Both the position numbers and the translations under genes were made by a program. Shown piece after piece: positions 1 to 10,745 of a DNA stretch of 41,250 bases. Source of the stretch: Pseudomonadota bacterium (GTDB lineage Bacteria; Pseudomonadota; Gammaproteobacteria; Burkholderiales; Burkholderiaceae_A); NCBI GenBank assembly GCA_046048075.1, contig JBJOGU010000107.1, forward strand, positions 1 through 41,250. The letters run 5' to 3'. The notes under the pieces are model-generated. The model searched no databases. It worked only from the letters and a program-made list of their open reading frames with translations, and was not told the DNA's origin. Position 1 is the stretch's first letter; every line of letters begins with the position of its first letter.

Positions 1-213
1 GCATTGGGGCGCCGCGAATCAAAGGTCTATGAGGAGCTCATCAATCAGGGGCGCATCTCGTTTCTCTCTGCGCCCGAGCTCAGTGGAATGCTAGAGGGCG
101 GGGTGCCGATCGTGGTCGACGGACACTGCATCGGGGCCGTTGGGGTTTCCAACGTCAAGTCATTCGAAGACGCACAGGTGGCCAAGGCCGGCATCGCCGC
201 CCTTGGGATTTAA
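1..213 (+). CDS. GlcG/HbpS-family heme-binding protein, 3' part (5' end outside window)
   Basis: Frame is open from base 1. C-terminal motif GGVPIVVDGHCIGAVGVS..K..ED..VA.AGIAAL is typical of the GlcG/HbpS (DUF336) family. Stop TAA at 211-213. Confidence 0.85.
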   Translation, partial: ALGRRESKVYEELINQGRISFLSAPELSGMLEGGVPIVVDGHCIGAVGVSNVKSFEDAQVAKAGIAALGI

Positions 214-225
214 CGACGAAGGTCA

Positions 226-1746
226 TCAGGCCGACTTGCGCAGGCCCTCGATCCGCACCTTCCATTCGGCGGGACCCGTCTCGTGGACAGAGCTCCCCGA
301 GGAATCCACTGCGACGGTTACAGGCATGTCCACCACCTCAAATTCATAGATCGCTTCCATGCCAAGGTCTTCAAATCCAACCACCTTGGCAGAACGAATC
401 GCTTTACTGACGAGGTAGGCGGCGCCACCAACCGCCATAAGATAAGCACTCTTGTGGCGTCGAATGGCCTCGATGGCCTCGGGCCCGCGCTCGGCCTTGC
501 CCACCATGGCAATCAACCCGGTCTTTGACAACATCATGTCGGTGAACTTGTCCATGCGGGTGGCAGTGGTGGGTCCAGCCGGGCCAACAGCCTCTTCGCG
601 GACAGGATCGACCGGACCGACGTAATAAATCACCCGGTTGGTGAAGTCCACCGGTAGCGTCTCTCCCTTGGCGAGCATGTCTTGAATTCGCTTGTGGGCT
701 GCATCGCGGCCGGTCAGTAGTTTTCCGGAGAGGAGCAGTGTCTGGCCCGGCTTCCAACTCGCCACCTCGGCCGCAGTGAGGTGGTCCAAGTCGACTCGCT
801 TGGATTGTTCTGTATTTGCAGTCCAATGAACCTTGGGCCAGGCATCGAGGGAGGGAGGGTGGAATTGGGCCGGTCCAGTGCCATCGAGATGAAAATGGAC
901 ATGGCGGGTGGCGGCACAGTTCGGAATCATGGCGACCGGCAGATTCGCCGCATGGGTAGGGTAGTCCATGATTTTCACGTCGACCACAGTCGTGAGCCCC
1001 CCGAGCCCCTGTGCACCAATGCCCAAGGCATTGACCTTCTCGAATAATTCGAGGCGGAGTTCCTCGACTCGACTCTTTGGTCCTCGCGCCTGAAGGGCCG
1101 GCATATCGACGGGTGCCATGAGTGATTCCTTCGCGAGCAACGCCGCCTTCTCCGGCGTTCCTCCAATGCCGATGCCAAGGATGCCGGGAGGGCACCAGCC
1201 GGCCCCCATGAGTGGAACTGTTTTCAGGACCCAGTCAACGATTGAGTCGCTTGGGTTGAGCATCCCGAGTTTTGCTTTCGCCTCGCTACCGCCCCCCTTT
1301 GCAGCGCAAATCACCTCGATCTCCGAGCCTGGAACGATCTCAACGTGAATCACGGCGGGAGTGTTGTCTCGCGTGTTCTTTCGTCCCCCAGCTGGATCGG
1401 CCAGAACCGAGGCCCGCAGCGGGTTGTCTGCATTTCCGTAGGCCCTGCGCACGCCTTCATGGATCATTTCGTAGAGCGGCATGGTGTCGTTTGCCCAACG
1501 GGTATGCATGCCGAGTTTGAGAAAGACTGTGGCGATACCCGTGTCTTGACAGATGGGCCGGCGGCCCTCTGCGCTCATTCGACTGTTGGTCAATATTTGA
1601 GCAATCGCATCTCGGGCCGCAGGACTCTGCTCGCGTTCATAGGCGGCGCCAAGTGCTTGGACGTAATCCAGAGGGTGGTAATAGCTGATGAACTGAAAGG
1701 CATCCGCGATGCTCTGGATGAAATCGTTCTGCTCGATGGGTCGCAT
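226..1746 (-). CDS. Class I (Fe-S) fumarate hydratase
   Basis: 506 aa. RPICQDTG, KGGGSE, GWCPPG, PNCAATRH, TGRDAAHKR and GPAGPTTATRMD motifs, with the three Fe-S cysteines present. Confidence 0.93.
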   Translation of the reverse strand: MRPIEQNDFIQSIADAFQFISYYHPLDYVQALGAAYEREQSPAARDAIAQILTNSRMSAEGRRPICQDTGIATVFLKLGMHTRWANDTMPLYEMIHEGVRRAYGNADNPLRASVLADPAGGRKNTRDNTPAVIHVEIVPGSEIEVICAAKGGGSEAKAKLGMLNPSDSIVDWVLKTVPLMGAGWCPPGILGIGIGGTPEKAALLAKESLMAPVDMPALQARGPKSRVEELRLELFEKVNALGIGAQGLGGLTTVVDVKIMDYPTHAANLPVAMIPNCAATRHVHFHLDGTGPAQFHPPSLDAWPKVHWTANTEQSKRVDLDHLTAAEVASWKPGQTLLLSGKLLTGRDAAHKRIQDMLAKGETLPVDFTNRVIYYVGPVDPVREEAVGPAGPTTATRMDKFTDMMLSKTGLIAMVGKAERGPEAIEAIRRHKSAYLMAVGGAAYLVSKAIRSAKVVGFEDLGMEAIYEFEVVDMPVTVAVDSSGSSVHETGPAEWKVRIEGLRKSA

Positions 1747-1811
1747 AAGTGTCCCGAATTGGCGTATAAATTAGAAGAAAAGAATTATCACACTCAGGAG
1801 AGGAGACTGAC

Positions 1812-3797
1812 ATGTCCAACAACATTGAATCGGTGATGCACGAGAACCGCGTTTTTGAGCCGCCCAAGGAGTTCGCGGCCAAGGCGCGCATCGGCAGCAT
1901 GGCCGCTTATCAGGCCATGTGCGACGAGGCTGCGGCGGATTACCCGGGCTTTTGGGCCAAGCGTGCACGCGAGGAGTTGAGTTGGAAGAAGCCATTCACT
2001 CGCGTGCTCGATGAGAGCAACGCGCCTTTCTATAAATGGTTTGACGACGGCCTCATTAATGCCTCCTACAACTGCCTCGATCGCAATATCGAGAATGGGC
2101 AGGGTGACAAGGTCGCCATTATCTTTGAGGCCGATGACGGCAGTGTCAGTCGCGTCACCTACAAGCAATTGCATGACCAAGTCTGCGCACTTGCCAATGG
2201 AATCAAGTCCCTTGGATACAAGAAGGGCGATCGCGCCCTCATCTACATGCCCATGTCGGTCGAGGGTGTGGTGGCCATGCAGGCCTGTGCGCGACTCGGC
2301 GTGATTCACTCGGTGGTGTTTGGCGGCTTCTCGGCCAAGAGTCTGCAAGAGCGTGTGGTGGACGCAGGTGCCACTTTGGTGATCGCCGCCGACGAGCAGT
2401 GCAGGGGCGGCAAGAACATCCCCCTGAAGCCCGCAGTCGATGAGGCCTTCGGCATGGGTGGGTGCGAGGGTGTTCGCAATGTCATCGTCTTTCGACGCAC
2501 CGGCGGGAAGGTCTCTATGACTGCTGGTCGCGACATCTACATGGATGACCTGATGAAGGGTCAGGCCGCCACCTGCGAGCCCGAGTGGGTCGAGGCCGAG
2601 CACCCTCTGTTTATTCTCTACACCTCAGGATCGACCGGTAAGCCCAAGGGGGTTCAGCACTCTACGGGGGGCTATCTGCTTCACGCCGTGCTCACCATGA
2701 AATACACATTCGATCTGCGTCCAGACGATGTATTTTGGTGCACGGCCGACATTGGTTGGGTCACCGGTCACACCTACATTGCATATGGCCCATTGGCATG
2801 CGGTGGCACCCAGATTGTCTTTGAGGGGGTCCCCACCTTCCCCAATGCGGGGCGTTTCTGGCAAATGATTCAGGACCACCGGGTAACGATCTTCTACACC
2901 GCGCCCACGGCCATTCGCTCACTCATTAAGGCCGGCGAGACCACGCCCGAGGTCCATCCACGCCATTACAAGCTCGACTCCCTTCGGCTTCTGGGTTCGG
3001 TGGGTGAACCCATCAATCCCGAGGCTTGGATGTGGTACCACAACAATATTGGCGGTGGTCGATGCCCAATCGTTGATACCTTCTGGCAGACCGAGACGGG
3101 CGGCCACATGATCACCCCGATGCCGGGTGCTACGCCACTGGTTCCAGGCTCATGCACGCTGCCCTTCCCGGGTATTCAGGCGGCGATTGTCGACGAATCC
3201 GGTGGTGATGTGCCCAATGGCCAGGGCGGTATTCTGGTGGTCAAGCGGCCGTGGCCCTCAATGATTCGAACCATCTGGGGTGACCCCGATCGCTTCAAGA
3301 AGGCCTACTACCCCGAGGAACTCGGTGGCCGCCTCTACCTCGCGGGTGACGGTGCAATACGTGACAAGGACACGGGCTACTTCACCATCATGGGTCGAAT
3401 CGATGACGTGCTCAATGTCTCGGGTCACCGAATGGGAACCATGGAGATCGAGTCCGCCTTGGTGGCAAATTCATTGGTTGCAGAGGCCGCTGTGGTGGGC
3501 CGACCCGATGACATGACCGGAGAGGCCATCGTTGCTTTTGTGGTTCTCAAGCAGGCCCGTCCCTCGGGGGATTCCGCCAAAGCGGTCGCAACGGAACTCC
3601 GAAACTGGGTGGGCAAAGAGATCGGACCCATCGCCAAGCCCAAGGAAATCCGTTTCGGTGACAACCTCCCCAAGACACGATCGGGCAAGATCATGCGTCG
3701 TCTTCTTCGAACCATTGCGAAGGGAGAGGAGATCACGCAAGATACGTCGACCCTCGAGAATCCTGCGATTTTGGAGCAGCTCAAGCAAGCAACCTAA
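1812..3797 (+). CDS. acs: Acetyl-CoA synthetase (AMP-forming)
   Basis: 661 aa. [22 protein letters not shown] and [12 protein letters not shown] (acetylation-site Lys). AGGAG SD just upstream. Confidence 0.97.
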   Translation: MSNNIESVMHENRVFEPPKEFAAKARIGSMAAYQAMCDEAAADYPGFWAKRAREELSWKKPFTRVLDESNAPFYKWFDDGLINASYNCLDRNIENGQGDKVAIIFEADDGSVSRVTYKQLHDQVCALANGIKSLGYKKGDRALIYMPMSVEGVVAMQACARLGVIHSVVFGGFSAKSLQERVVDAGATLVIAADEQCRGGKNIPLKPAVDEAFGMGGCEGVRNVIVFRRTGGKVSMTAGRDIYMDDLMKGQAATCEPEWVEAEHPLFILYTSGSTGKPKGVQHSTGGYLLHAVLTMKYTFDLRPDDVFWCTADIGWVTGHTYIAYGPLACGGTQIVFEGVPTFPNAGRFWQMIQDHRVTIFYTAPTAIRSLIKAGETTPEVHPRHYKLDSLRLLGSVGEPINPEAWMWYHNNIGGGRCPIVDTFWQTETGGHMITPMPGATPLVPGSCTLPFPGIQAAIVDESGGDVPNGQGGILVVKRPWPSMIRTIWGDPDRFKKAYYPEELGGRLYLAGDGAIRDKDTGYFTIMGRIDDVLNVSGHRMGTMEIESALVANSLVAEAAVVGRPDDMTGEAIVAFVVLKQARPSGDSAKAVATELRNWVGKEIGPIAKPKEIRFGDNLPKTRSGKIMRRLLRTIAKGEEITQDTSTLENPAILEQLKQAT

Positions 3798-3799
3798 AC

Positions 3800-3808
3800 T
3801 GATACACT
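3800..3808 (+). promoter_or_regulatory. Putative extended -10 promoter element for tRNA-Ser
   Basis: TG-A-TACACT directly after the acs stop, about 60 nt before the tRNA. No clear -35. Confidence 0.4.
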
Positions 3809-3870
3809 GGCGTGCTTTGAAAGGTCGGTTGGGCCTTGGTTGGCCTCAACCGACCACGCGTCCTCTCAGC

Positions 3871-3961
3871 GGAGAGATGGATGAGTGGTTTAAGTCGCAC
3901 GCCTGGAAAGCGTGTATAGGTTAATAGCCTATCGGGGGTTCGAATCCCCCTCTCTCCGCCA
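3871..3961 (+). tRNA. tRNA-Ser(GGA)
   Basis: Acceptor GGAGAGA/TCTCTCC. Anticodon arm CACGC-CT-GGA-AA-GCGTG. Long variable arm ATAGGTTAATAGCCTAT. T-arm GGGGGTTCGAATCCCCC. Ends in encoded GCCA. Confidence 0.97.
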
Positions 3962-3977
3962 ACCCCTTACTTAGTTC

Positions 3978-4595
3978 ATGAATACGGTCGAAGCGAAAAA
4001 AGTGCTGGAGGCCGCTTTGCTGACAAGTGGAGAACCTCTGACGGTCCCTGTCTTGAAGCGGCTATTCAATGATGAAATGGATGACGACACGGTGCGCCTG
4101 TTACTCGACGATATTCGTCGAGATTGGGCCGACCGCAGCGTTGAACTCGCGCCCCTGGCGTCCGGCTGGCGGTTTCAGTCCCGCCCCGAGATGCGGGTCT
4201 ATCTAGATCGCCTTCGCCCCGACAAGCCGGCCCGCTATTCACGGGCCACAATGGAGACCCTCGCCATCATCGCCTACCGACAACCAGTAACCCGCGCCGA
4301 CATCGAAGAAATTCGTGGTGTCGTGGTGGCAACCCCGGTGCTTCGTGCTCTCGAAGAGCGCGGATGGGTCGAGACCATTGGCCACCGAGATGCCCCGGGT
4401 CGCCCCGCACTCTATGGCACCACCCGGCAGTTTTTGGATGATTTGGGCCTTCGGTCTCTCGAGGAACTCCCCGCCCTAGAGGATGGCTGGTCCGAGGCGG
4501 CAAGTCAGATTCTTCTTCAGGCGGGTGCCCCTGCTGCGATTGCTGAGTCGATCTCAGATCAGATGGCCGGTGAAGGACACAGCAATGCTCAATGA
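3978..4595 (+). CDS. scpB: SMC-Scp complex subunit ScpB
   Basis: 205 aa. [28 protein letters not shown] and [26 protein letters not shown]. Confidence 0.95.
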   Translation: MNTVEAKKVLEAALLTSGEPLTVPVLKRLFNDEMDDDTVRLLLDDIRRDWADRSVELAPLASGWRFQSRPEMRVYLDRLRPDKPARYSRATMETLAIIAYRQPVTRADIEEIRGVVVATPVLRALEERGWVETIGHRDAPGRPALYGTTRQFLDDLGLRSLEELPALEDGWSEAASQILLQAGAPAAIAESISDQMAGEGHSNAQ

Positions 4596-5910
4596 AGACC
4601 AAGACTTAGAGATGAAGCCGGCCCCGGTTCTTGACGAACCGATGGCCGATGAGGATTGGCCGGCGCTTCTTGGAGAGCCGTCCGAGCCAGGGCTTTTGCT
4701 CGATTCCGAGGGCAAGGGGGCTGGCCCCGCCTACGACCCCCCGAAACTCCACAAGGTCCTGGCAGATGCTGGCATTGGCTCGCGCCGTGAGATGGAAGAA
4801 CTCATCCTCGCAGGACGCGTCTCTGTGAACGGCACTCCCGCTCACATCGGCCAACGAATCACCCATGCCGACCAGGTCAAGGTCAATGGCAAACCCATAC
4901 GAATCGCCGTGGAGCCACCACCGGTAAGGGTTCTGGCCTATCACAAGCCCGCCGGTGAGATCGTCACCAAGTCCGATCCTCAGCAGCGGGTCACTGTGTT
5001 TCGTCAGCTTCCGCCCGTTCGCTACGGGCGTTGGATCACCGTGGGACGGCTCGATGTCAGTACCGAGGGCCTTCTCTTATTTACCACCTCAGGAGAGCTC
5101 GCCAATCGACTCATGCATCCTCGCAATGAGGTCGAACGTGAGTACGCCGTAAGAGTGTTGGGTGAACTCTCCGATGAGGCGCGCGCCCAGCTCAGTCACG
5201 GAATCACCCTCGATGATGGTGAGGCGAAGTTCGAGCGCATCGAAGAGGCGGGTGGCGAGGGGGCCAACCGCTGGTGGCGCGTGGCCATTCGTGAGGGCAG
5301 GAATCGCGAAGTGCGCCGTATGTTTGAGCATGTGGGGCTGACGGTCAGCCGCCTTATCCGCATTCGTTATGGCCTGGTTCAGCTTCCGCCCGGGCTCAAG
5401 CGAGGGAAGTCGGTGGACCTCTCGCAGGAGGCGGTCGCGGCGCTGATGCAGTCGGTCGGACTCAAGGGGCGTGCATCGGGGTCGGCTCGAAAGTCCGGTG
5501 GCCGAGCCAAGGCACGGACCCGCCCCGATTCCGCGAAGGGCCGCTCTCCTCGAGCGCCACAGGCCTTTCAGGGCCCAATGTCATCGGAATCCCGCCTGGC
5601 CATGGATCCACACGACCGAGCCCTCGACGCCGAGGACTTTCACCCCACGCAGGAGGACGACGAGTGGCAACCCAGTGGGCCGGACGCACACCTGTCCCAC
5701 CTCGGCGGCGCCGCCAAGCGGCGGCAGGGCGGGCGCAAGCCCAATCCGCTTCAAACCACCTGGGGCACGGCCAAGCCGGGCAGTGGGGCTCTGTCTGCCC
5801 CGCAGCGTCCCGGCGGAGCGGGTCGCCCCGGCGGTGGGCCCAAAAGAAACGGGCCTAAGCGTTCATCTCGTCCACGCAAGGGGCCCGGCGGAGGTGGCCC
5901 AACTGCTTGA
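4585..5910 (+). CDS. rluB: 23S rRNA pseudouridine synthase RluB
   Basis: S4 domain [16 protein letters not shown], catalytic [23 protein letters not shown]. Start moved to ATG 4585 (AAGGA SD, overlaps the scpB end). Position after scpB is the usual one for rluB. Confidence 0.88.
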   Translation: MLNEDQDLEMKPAPVLDEPMADEDWPALLGEPSEPGLLLDSEGKGAGPAYDPPKLHKVLADAGIGSRREMEELILAGRVSVNGTPAHIGQRITHADQVKVNGKPIRIAVEPPPVRVLAYHKPAGEIVTKSDPQQRVTVFRQLPPVRYGRWITVGRLDVSTEGLLLFTTSGELANRLMHPRNEVEREYAVRVLGELSDEARAQLSHGITLDDGEAKFERIEEAGGEGANRWWRVAIREGRNREVRRMFEHVGLTVSRLIRIRYGLVQLPPGLKRGKSVDLSQEAVAALMQSVGLKGRASGSARKSGGRAKARTRPDSAKGRSPRAPQAFQGPMSSESRLAMDPHDRALDAEDFHPTQEDDEWQPSGPDAHLSHLGGAAKRRQGGRKPNPLQTTWGTAKPGSGALSAPQRPGGAGRPGGGPKRNGPKRSSRPRKGPGGGGPTA

Positions 5911-5935
5911 TGCGGCGGTGTAAATCGCCTACAAT
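5907..5935 (+). promoter_or_regulatory. Sigma70 promoter of the rimP-nusA-infB operon
   Basis: TTGATG (5907-5912), 17-nt spacer, TACAAT (5930-5935). Confidence 0.7.
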
Positions 5936-5958
5936 TCGGGCAGATTCTAATTTCATTG

Positions 5959-5988
5959 AAATGGGCTCATTCGGGCCCATTTTTTTTT
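5959..5988 (+). terminator. Intrinsic terminator/attenuator in the rimP leader
   Basis: ATGGGCTC-ATTC-GGGCCCAT stem with one G-U pair, followed by a T run to 5988. Lies between the promoter and the rimP start. Confidence 0.8.
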
Positions 5989-6011
5989 CCGAAAGGGATT
6001 AAAACAGAACA

Positions 6012-6485
6012 ATGACCGACCGGGTCTGGGATGCAATCTCGACGTGTGCCGCTGGTTTTGGCTATGAGCTCGTGGATTTAGAGCATGGCCCCAGTGGCTT
6101 GCTTCGGGTGTTTATCGATATCTCGGACGGCAGTCGCTTGGTCTCGATCGATGATTGTGAGGCGCTGTCGAACCAACTGGTCCATCAACTGCCTGTCGAG
6201 GGCATTGAGTTTGAGCGGCTAGAGGTGTCATCGCCCGGGTTCGATCGTCGGCTTCGCAGAGATCGCGACTTTGAGCGGTTCGAGGGCGAGAGGATTCGAG
6301 TGAAGTTGCGACATCCGGTAGGCAATCGGCGCAACTTCGAGGGCCCATTCGATCGCGTCGAGGGGCACTACCGTCTGGTCTTCGAGGGGCCGGAGGGCAA
6401 GGAGATGGTTTTGGACTTTGATTTGAACGATGTGGATGAGGCACGACTCGTGCCCAATGACCCTTGGAAGGAGAAGAGGCGATGA
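6012..6485 (+). CDS. rimP: Ribosome maturation factor RimP
   Basis: 157 aa. LLRVFID..SIDDCE and [11 protein letters not shown]....DFERF.GE. Directly upstream of nusA. Confidence 0.93.
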   Translation: MTDRVWDAISTCAAGFGYELVDLEHGPSGLLRVFIDISDGSRLVSIDDCEALSNQLVHQLPVEGIEFERLEVSSPGFDRRLRRDRDFERFEGERIRVKLRHPVGNRRNFEGPFDRVEGHYRLVFEGPEGKEMVLDFDLNDVDEARLVPNDPWKEKRR

Positions 6486-8005
6486 GCCGTGAAATCCTAA
6501 TGCTGGCCGATGCGCTGGCCCGCGAGAAAAGCGTTGAGCGAGACATCGTGTTTCAGGCACTGGAGTCTGCATTGGCCTCGGCAACAAAAAAGCAGTTTGT
6601 CGACGAGGTCGATGTTCGCGTCAGTATCGATCGTGACACCGGCGACTACGAGGCCTTCCGTCGCTGGCAGGTGGTTCCAGACGGCGAGCTTGAGGACCAC
6701 GACCTCCAGGTCATTCTGACCGAGGCCAAGAAGCAGATCGACGACGTCGAGGTGGGCGACTTTATCGAAGAGGAACTCGATGCGGTCCCGTTTGGGCGAA
6801 TCGGGGCGCAGGCCGCCAAGCAGGTCATTCTTCAGCGCATCCGCGAGGCCGAGCGCGAGCAGATCCTGAAAGACTTTCTTGAGCGTGGCGAGATGATCGT
6901 CAATGGAACCGTCAAGCGCCTGGAGCGTGGCGATGTGATCGTCGAGGCGGGCAAGATCGAAGCCAGGCTTCCGCGTGATCAGATGATCCCAAAAGAGAAT
7001 CTGCGACCGGGTGATCGAGTTCGCGCTTTTCTCCTGAGAGTCGACCGGACGCCTCGCGGGCCCCAGATTATTCTCTCCCGCACGGCTTCAGACTTCATCA
7101 TGAAGCTCTTTGAGTTAGAGGTTCCCGAGATTGAACAGGGCCTCATGACCATTAAGTCAGCTGCACGCGATGCAGGTATTCGAGCCAAGATTGCGGTTCA
7201 CACCACCGATCGTCGCATCGACCCCATCGGCACCTGTGTGGGGGTTCGTGGCAGCCGCGTTCAGGCCGTCACTCACGAGTTGGCTGGTGAGCGGGTTGAC
7301 ATTGTCCTCTGGTCGGATGACCCTGCCCAGTTTGTTATTGGTGCACTCGCTCCGGCGAATGTCAGCTCGATTGTGGTCGATGAAGAGCGCCACGCAATGG
7401 ATGTTGTGGTCGATGAGGCCGAACTCGCGGTGGCCATTGGTCGCGGCGGACAGAATGTTCGTCTGGCCTCTGAACTAACCGGCTGGCAGATCAACATCAT
7501 GACCTCCGAGGAATCCGAGCAGCGCTCCGAGCAGGAGAAGCAGCGGGTGGTTGAGACCTTTATGGCCAAGCTCGATGTCGATCAGGAGGTTGCAGAGGTC
7601 CTGGTGGCGGAGGGCTTCTCGAGCCTTGAGGAGATTGCCTACGTGCCTGTGGCCGAGATGATGGAGATGGAGGCCTTCGACGAGGACACTGTCAATGAGC
7701 TTCGAACCCGCGCGCGAAACGCCCTGCTCACAGAGGCCATCGCGACCGAAGAGAAGCTTGGCACCACCACCCAGGATCTGCTCGACCTCGAGGGGATGGA
7801 CCATCAGCTTGCCGCCAAGTTGGCCGACGGCAAGGTCTTTTCTCGCGACGACCTTGCGGAGCTTGCCGTTGACGAGCTCATGGAGCTCACCAGCATGGAT
7901 GAGGCGGATGCGAGTGCACTGATCATGAAGGCGCGGGCCCATTGGTTCGAAGATGAGGCCAATGAAGCGCTCGAGGAAGGAGGGGCATCCAAGGATGGCC
8001 GCTAA
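6482..8005 (+). CDS. nusA: Transcription factor NusA
   Basis: [66 protein letters not shown] and C-terminal acidic repeats. ATG 6482 overlaps the rimP stop (ATGA). Confidence 0.97.
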   Translation: MSREILMLADALAREKSVERDIVFQALESALASATKKQFVDEVDVRVSIDRDTGDYEAFRRWQVVPDGELEDHDLQVILTEAKKQIDDVEVGDFIEEELDAVPFGRIGAQAAKQVILQRIREAEREQILKDFLERGEMIVNGTVKRLERGDVIVEAGKIEARLPRDQMIPKENLRPGDRVRAFLLRVDRTPRGPQIILSRTASDFIMKLFELEVPEIEQGLMTIKSAARDAGIRAKIAVHTTDRRIDPIGTCVGVRGSRVQAVTHELAGERVDIVLWSDDPAQFVIGALAPANVSSIVVDEERHAMDVVVDEAELAVAIGRGGQNVRLASELTGWQINIMTSEESEQRSEQEKQRVVETFMAKLDVDQEVAEVLVAEGFSSLEEIAYVPVAEMMEMEAFDEDTVNELRTRARNALLTEAIATEEKLGTTTQDLLDLEGMDHQLAAKLADGKVFSRDDLAELAVDELMELTSMDEADASALIMKARAHWFEDEANEALEEGGASKDGR

Positions 8006-10745
8006 TACAGTCGAAGGGTTCGCCCAAGAGCTCAAGGTCTCTGTTGAGACACTGATTGAGCAATTAAAGTCTGCTGGCGTCGATAAGTCCTCAGCGTCCG
8101 ATGCGCTTGCGGAGGCAGACAAAGAGAAGCTGCTTGAGGCACTGCGAAAGTCCCATGGTGCGGAAGCGGCCACTCGAAAAAAGATCACCATCACCAAGAA
8201 GCAGACGTCTGAGATTCGTCAGGCCGATGCCACCGGGAAGTCAAGAACCATTCAGGTCGAGGTTCGCAAGAAGCGTGTCTTCGTCAAGCGAGACGGTGCC
8301 GAGACGGCCGAGGCGGCCGTCGCAACGCCTGCTGTGGCCACCGTAAGTCCGGAGGAGCAGGCGCGTCGGGACTCAGAGGCCAGGCGGCAGCAGGAATTGC
8401 TTGCACGCCAGGAGCAGGAGCGTGCCGACAAACTCAAGGCGCTGGAGGAGCAGGCCCAGGCCGCTGAGATCGCCGCCAAGGCGGCGGCAGAGGAAGCACA
8501 ACAGGCGCTCTCGGATACCGAGAAATCCGCCGAGGCCGTCGAGTCCGATGAGCCAAAGAAATCTCGTGTGCGCAAGGTCACGGCCGCGGAGGACGCGGCG
8601 GTGAAGGCGGCCGACGCGCGGCGTGCCGTTGAAGACGAAGTCGCTGCCATCAATCGCTTAATGACGGCCGCTCGCACAGGAAAGCTTGCGGCGACGGCCA
8701 AGGCCCCAGAACCCGCCAAGCCCGAGTCCACGATCACACTGAATAAGGCGGCAAAAAAGCCTGGTGAGGAGTCCACCGACAAGCCCAAGGACAAGAAGAA
8801 CGAGAAGTCGGTTAAGTCGGCACAGCTCTCTTCGACTTGGCAGGATGACGCTCAGAAGAAGCGTGCCTTGAAGACCCGTGGAGATGCCTCCGGGGGTGTT
8901 GGGGGTTGGCGCGGATCGGGTCCGAGGTCGCGAAAGGGTGGTTCAAGCGACAAGGAGGCTAGCAACTTTGTTGCCCCGACCGAGCCCGTCGTGCGTGATG
9001 TCTATATTCCCGAGACCATCACGGTTGCGGATCTCGCTCACAAAATGTCCGTCAAGGGGGCAGAGGTGGTCAAGGCACTCATGAAGATGGGGCAGATGGT
9101 GACCATCAACCAGGTGCTCGACCAAGATACCGCCATGATTGTTGTGGAGGAGATGGGCCATAAGGCCTTTGCCGCCAAGCTCGACGACCCTGAGGCTTTC
9201 CTCTCAGAGGATGTTCCGACGGACGAGGAGGGGGAGCAGGAGTCTCGCCCGCCGGTTGTGACCATCATGGGTCACGTCGATCATGGCAAGACCTCTCTGC
9301 TCGACTACATTCGTCGATCCAAAGTCGCTGCAGGCGAGGCCGGTGGGATTACCCAACACATCGGGGCCTACCACGTGGAGACCCCGCGGGGCGTTATTAC
9401 CTTTCTCGACACACCGGGTCACGAGGCGTTTACGGCCATGCGCGCGCGCGGTGCCAATGCCACAGATATCGTGGTGCTGGTGGTTGCTGCCGACGACGGT
9501 GTGATGCCACAGACCAAGGAGGCCATCGCCCACGCCAAGGCAGCAAAGGTCCCCATCGTTGTTGCCATGAACAAGATTGACAAGCCAGAGGCCAATCCCG
9601 ACCGAGTGCGGGGTGAGTTGGTGGCCGAAGAAGTGGTGCCCGAGGAATTTGGGGGCGATTCGCCGTTTGTACCCGTTTCCGCCAAGACCGGTCAGGGGGT
9701 CGATGATCTCCTGGAACAGGTTCTTCTGCAGGCCGAGGTGCTTGAACTCAAGGCACCGGCCAAGGCAATGGCCAAGGGATTGGTGATCGAGGCCCGAATC
9801 GACAAGGGCCGGGGACCTGTGGCGACGATTCTTGTCCAATCAGGAACCCTTCGTCGTGGCGATGTGCTCCTGGCTGGAAGTTCGTTTGGCCGCGTAAGGG
9901 CCATGCTCGATGAGGCAGGGCGCCCGATCGAGGAGGCCGGCCCATCCATTCCTGCCGAGATCTTGGGTCTGACAGACGTGCCCTTGGCCGGTGATGAAGT
10001 TCTTGCCTTGGGTGACGAGCGCAAAGCCAGGGAGATCGCACTATTTCGCCAGGGCAAGTACCGCGATGTTCGGCTGGCCAAGCAACAGGCTGCCAAGCTC
10101 GAGAATATGTTCGAGAACATGGGAGAGGGCTTCCAGACCTTGCCACTGATTGTGAAAGCCGATGTTCAAGGCTCTCAAGAGGCACTTGCGGCGTCGATGC
10201 TCAAGCTCTCAACGGATGAGGTGCGAGTGGCTGTGGTTCATGCGGCTGTTGGCGCCATTACCGAGTCGGACATCAACCTTGCTATTGCATCGAAGGCCGT
10301 GGTGATTGGCTTCAATGTTCGAGCCGACCAGGCGTCTCGCAAATTGGCCGAGGCCAATGGCATCGACCTTCGCTACTACACCATCATTTACGACGCCGTC
10401 GACGATGTCCGAAATGCCATGCAGGGCATGCTTGCACCGGAGCGGCGTGAGAATGTCATTGGACTCGTTGAGATTCGGCAGATCTTCAAGGTGTCTCGTC
10501 TCGGGAACATTGCAGGTTGTATGGTTCTCGAGGGCATCGTTCGTCGCAATGCGCAGGTTCGCCTGCTGCGTGACAATGTGGTGGTCTGGACGGGCGAGCT
10601 CGATACGCTCAAACGGTTCAAGGACGATGCCAAGGAGGTCAAAGAGGGCTTCGAGTGTGGCCTGACGCTCAAGGGCTTTGATGCAATCCAGGAGGGCGAT
10701 CAGCTTGAAGTCTTCGAAATCCAGGAAATCGCGCGGACCCTCTAG
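7995..10745 (+). CDS. infB: Translation initiation factor IF-2
   Basis: [38 protein letters not shown]. Start at ATG 7995 (MAANTV), 11-nt overlap with nusA. Confidence 0.97.
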   Translation: MAANTVEGFAQELKVSVETLIEQLKSAGVDKSSASDALAEADKEKLLEALRKSHGAEAATRKKITITKKQTSEIRQADATGKSRTIQVEVRKKRVFVKRDGAETAEAAVATPAVATVSPEEQARRDSEARRQQELLARQEQERADKLKALEEQAQAAEIAAKAAAEEAQQALSDTEKSAEAVESDEPKKSRVRKVTAAEDAAVKAADARRAVEDEVAAINRLMTAARTGKLAATAKAPEPAKPESTITLNKAAKKPGEESTDKPKDKKNEKSVKSAQLSSTWQDDAQKKRALKTRGDASGGVGGWRGSGPRSRKGGSSDKEASNFVAPTEPVVRDVYIPETITVADLAHKMSVKGAEVVKALMKMGQMVTINQVLDQDTAMIVVEEMGHKAFAAKLDDPEAFLSEDVPTDEEGEQESRPPVVTIMGHVDHGKTSLLDYIRRSKVAAGEAGGITQHIGAYHVETPRGVITFLDTPGHEAFTAMRARGANATDIVVLVVAADDGVMPQTKEAIAHAKAAKVPIVVAMNKIDKPEANPDRVRGELVAEEVVPEEFGGDSPFVPVSAKTGQGVDDLLEQVLLQAEVLELKAPAKAMAKGLVIEARIDKGRGPVATILVQSGTLRRGDVLLAGSSFGRVRAMLDEAGRPIEEAGPSIPAEILGLTDVPLAGDEVLALGDERKAREIALFRQGKYRDVRLAKQQAAKLENMFENMGEGFQTLPLIVKADVQGSQEALAASMLKLSTDEVRVAVVHAAVGAITESDINLAIASKAVVIGFNVRADQASRKLAEANGIDLRYYTIIYDAVDDVRNAMQGMLAPERRENVIGLVEIRQIFKVSRLGNIAGCMVLEGIVRRNAQVRLLRDNVVVWTGELDTLKRFKDDAKEVKEGFECGLTLKGFDAIQEGDQLEVFEIQEIARTL

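Noticed and set aside
1794-2603. 269-aa antisense ORF over acs
   Set aside because: Shadow frame of a conserved gene, expected from codon bias at high GC; no recognisable motif.
3871-3977. tRNA-Ser as an island or prophage attachment site
   Set aside because: No integrase, no att duplicate noticed, and core genes on both sides.
3978-4595. scpB without adjacent scpA (and pmbA without tldD)
   Set aside because: Split locations are common in Betaproteobacteria; the partners may lie elsewhere in the genome.
8290-8960. Low-complexity Ala/Glu/Lys-rich stretch in infB
   Set aside because: Normal variable N-terminal region of IF2, not a DNA repeat element.
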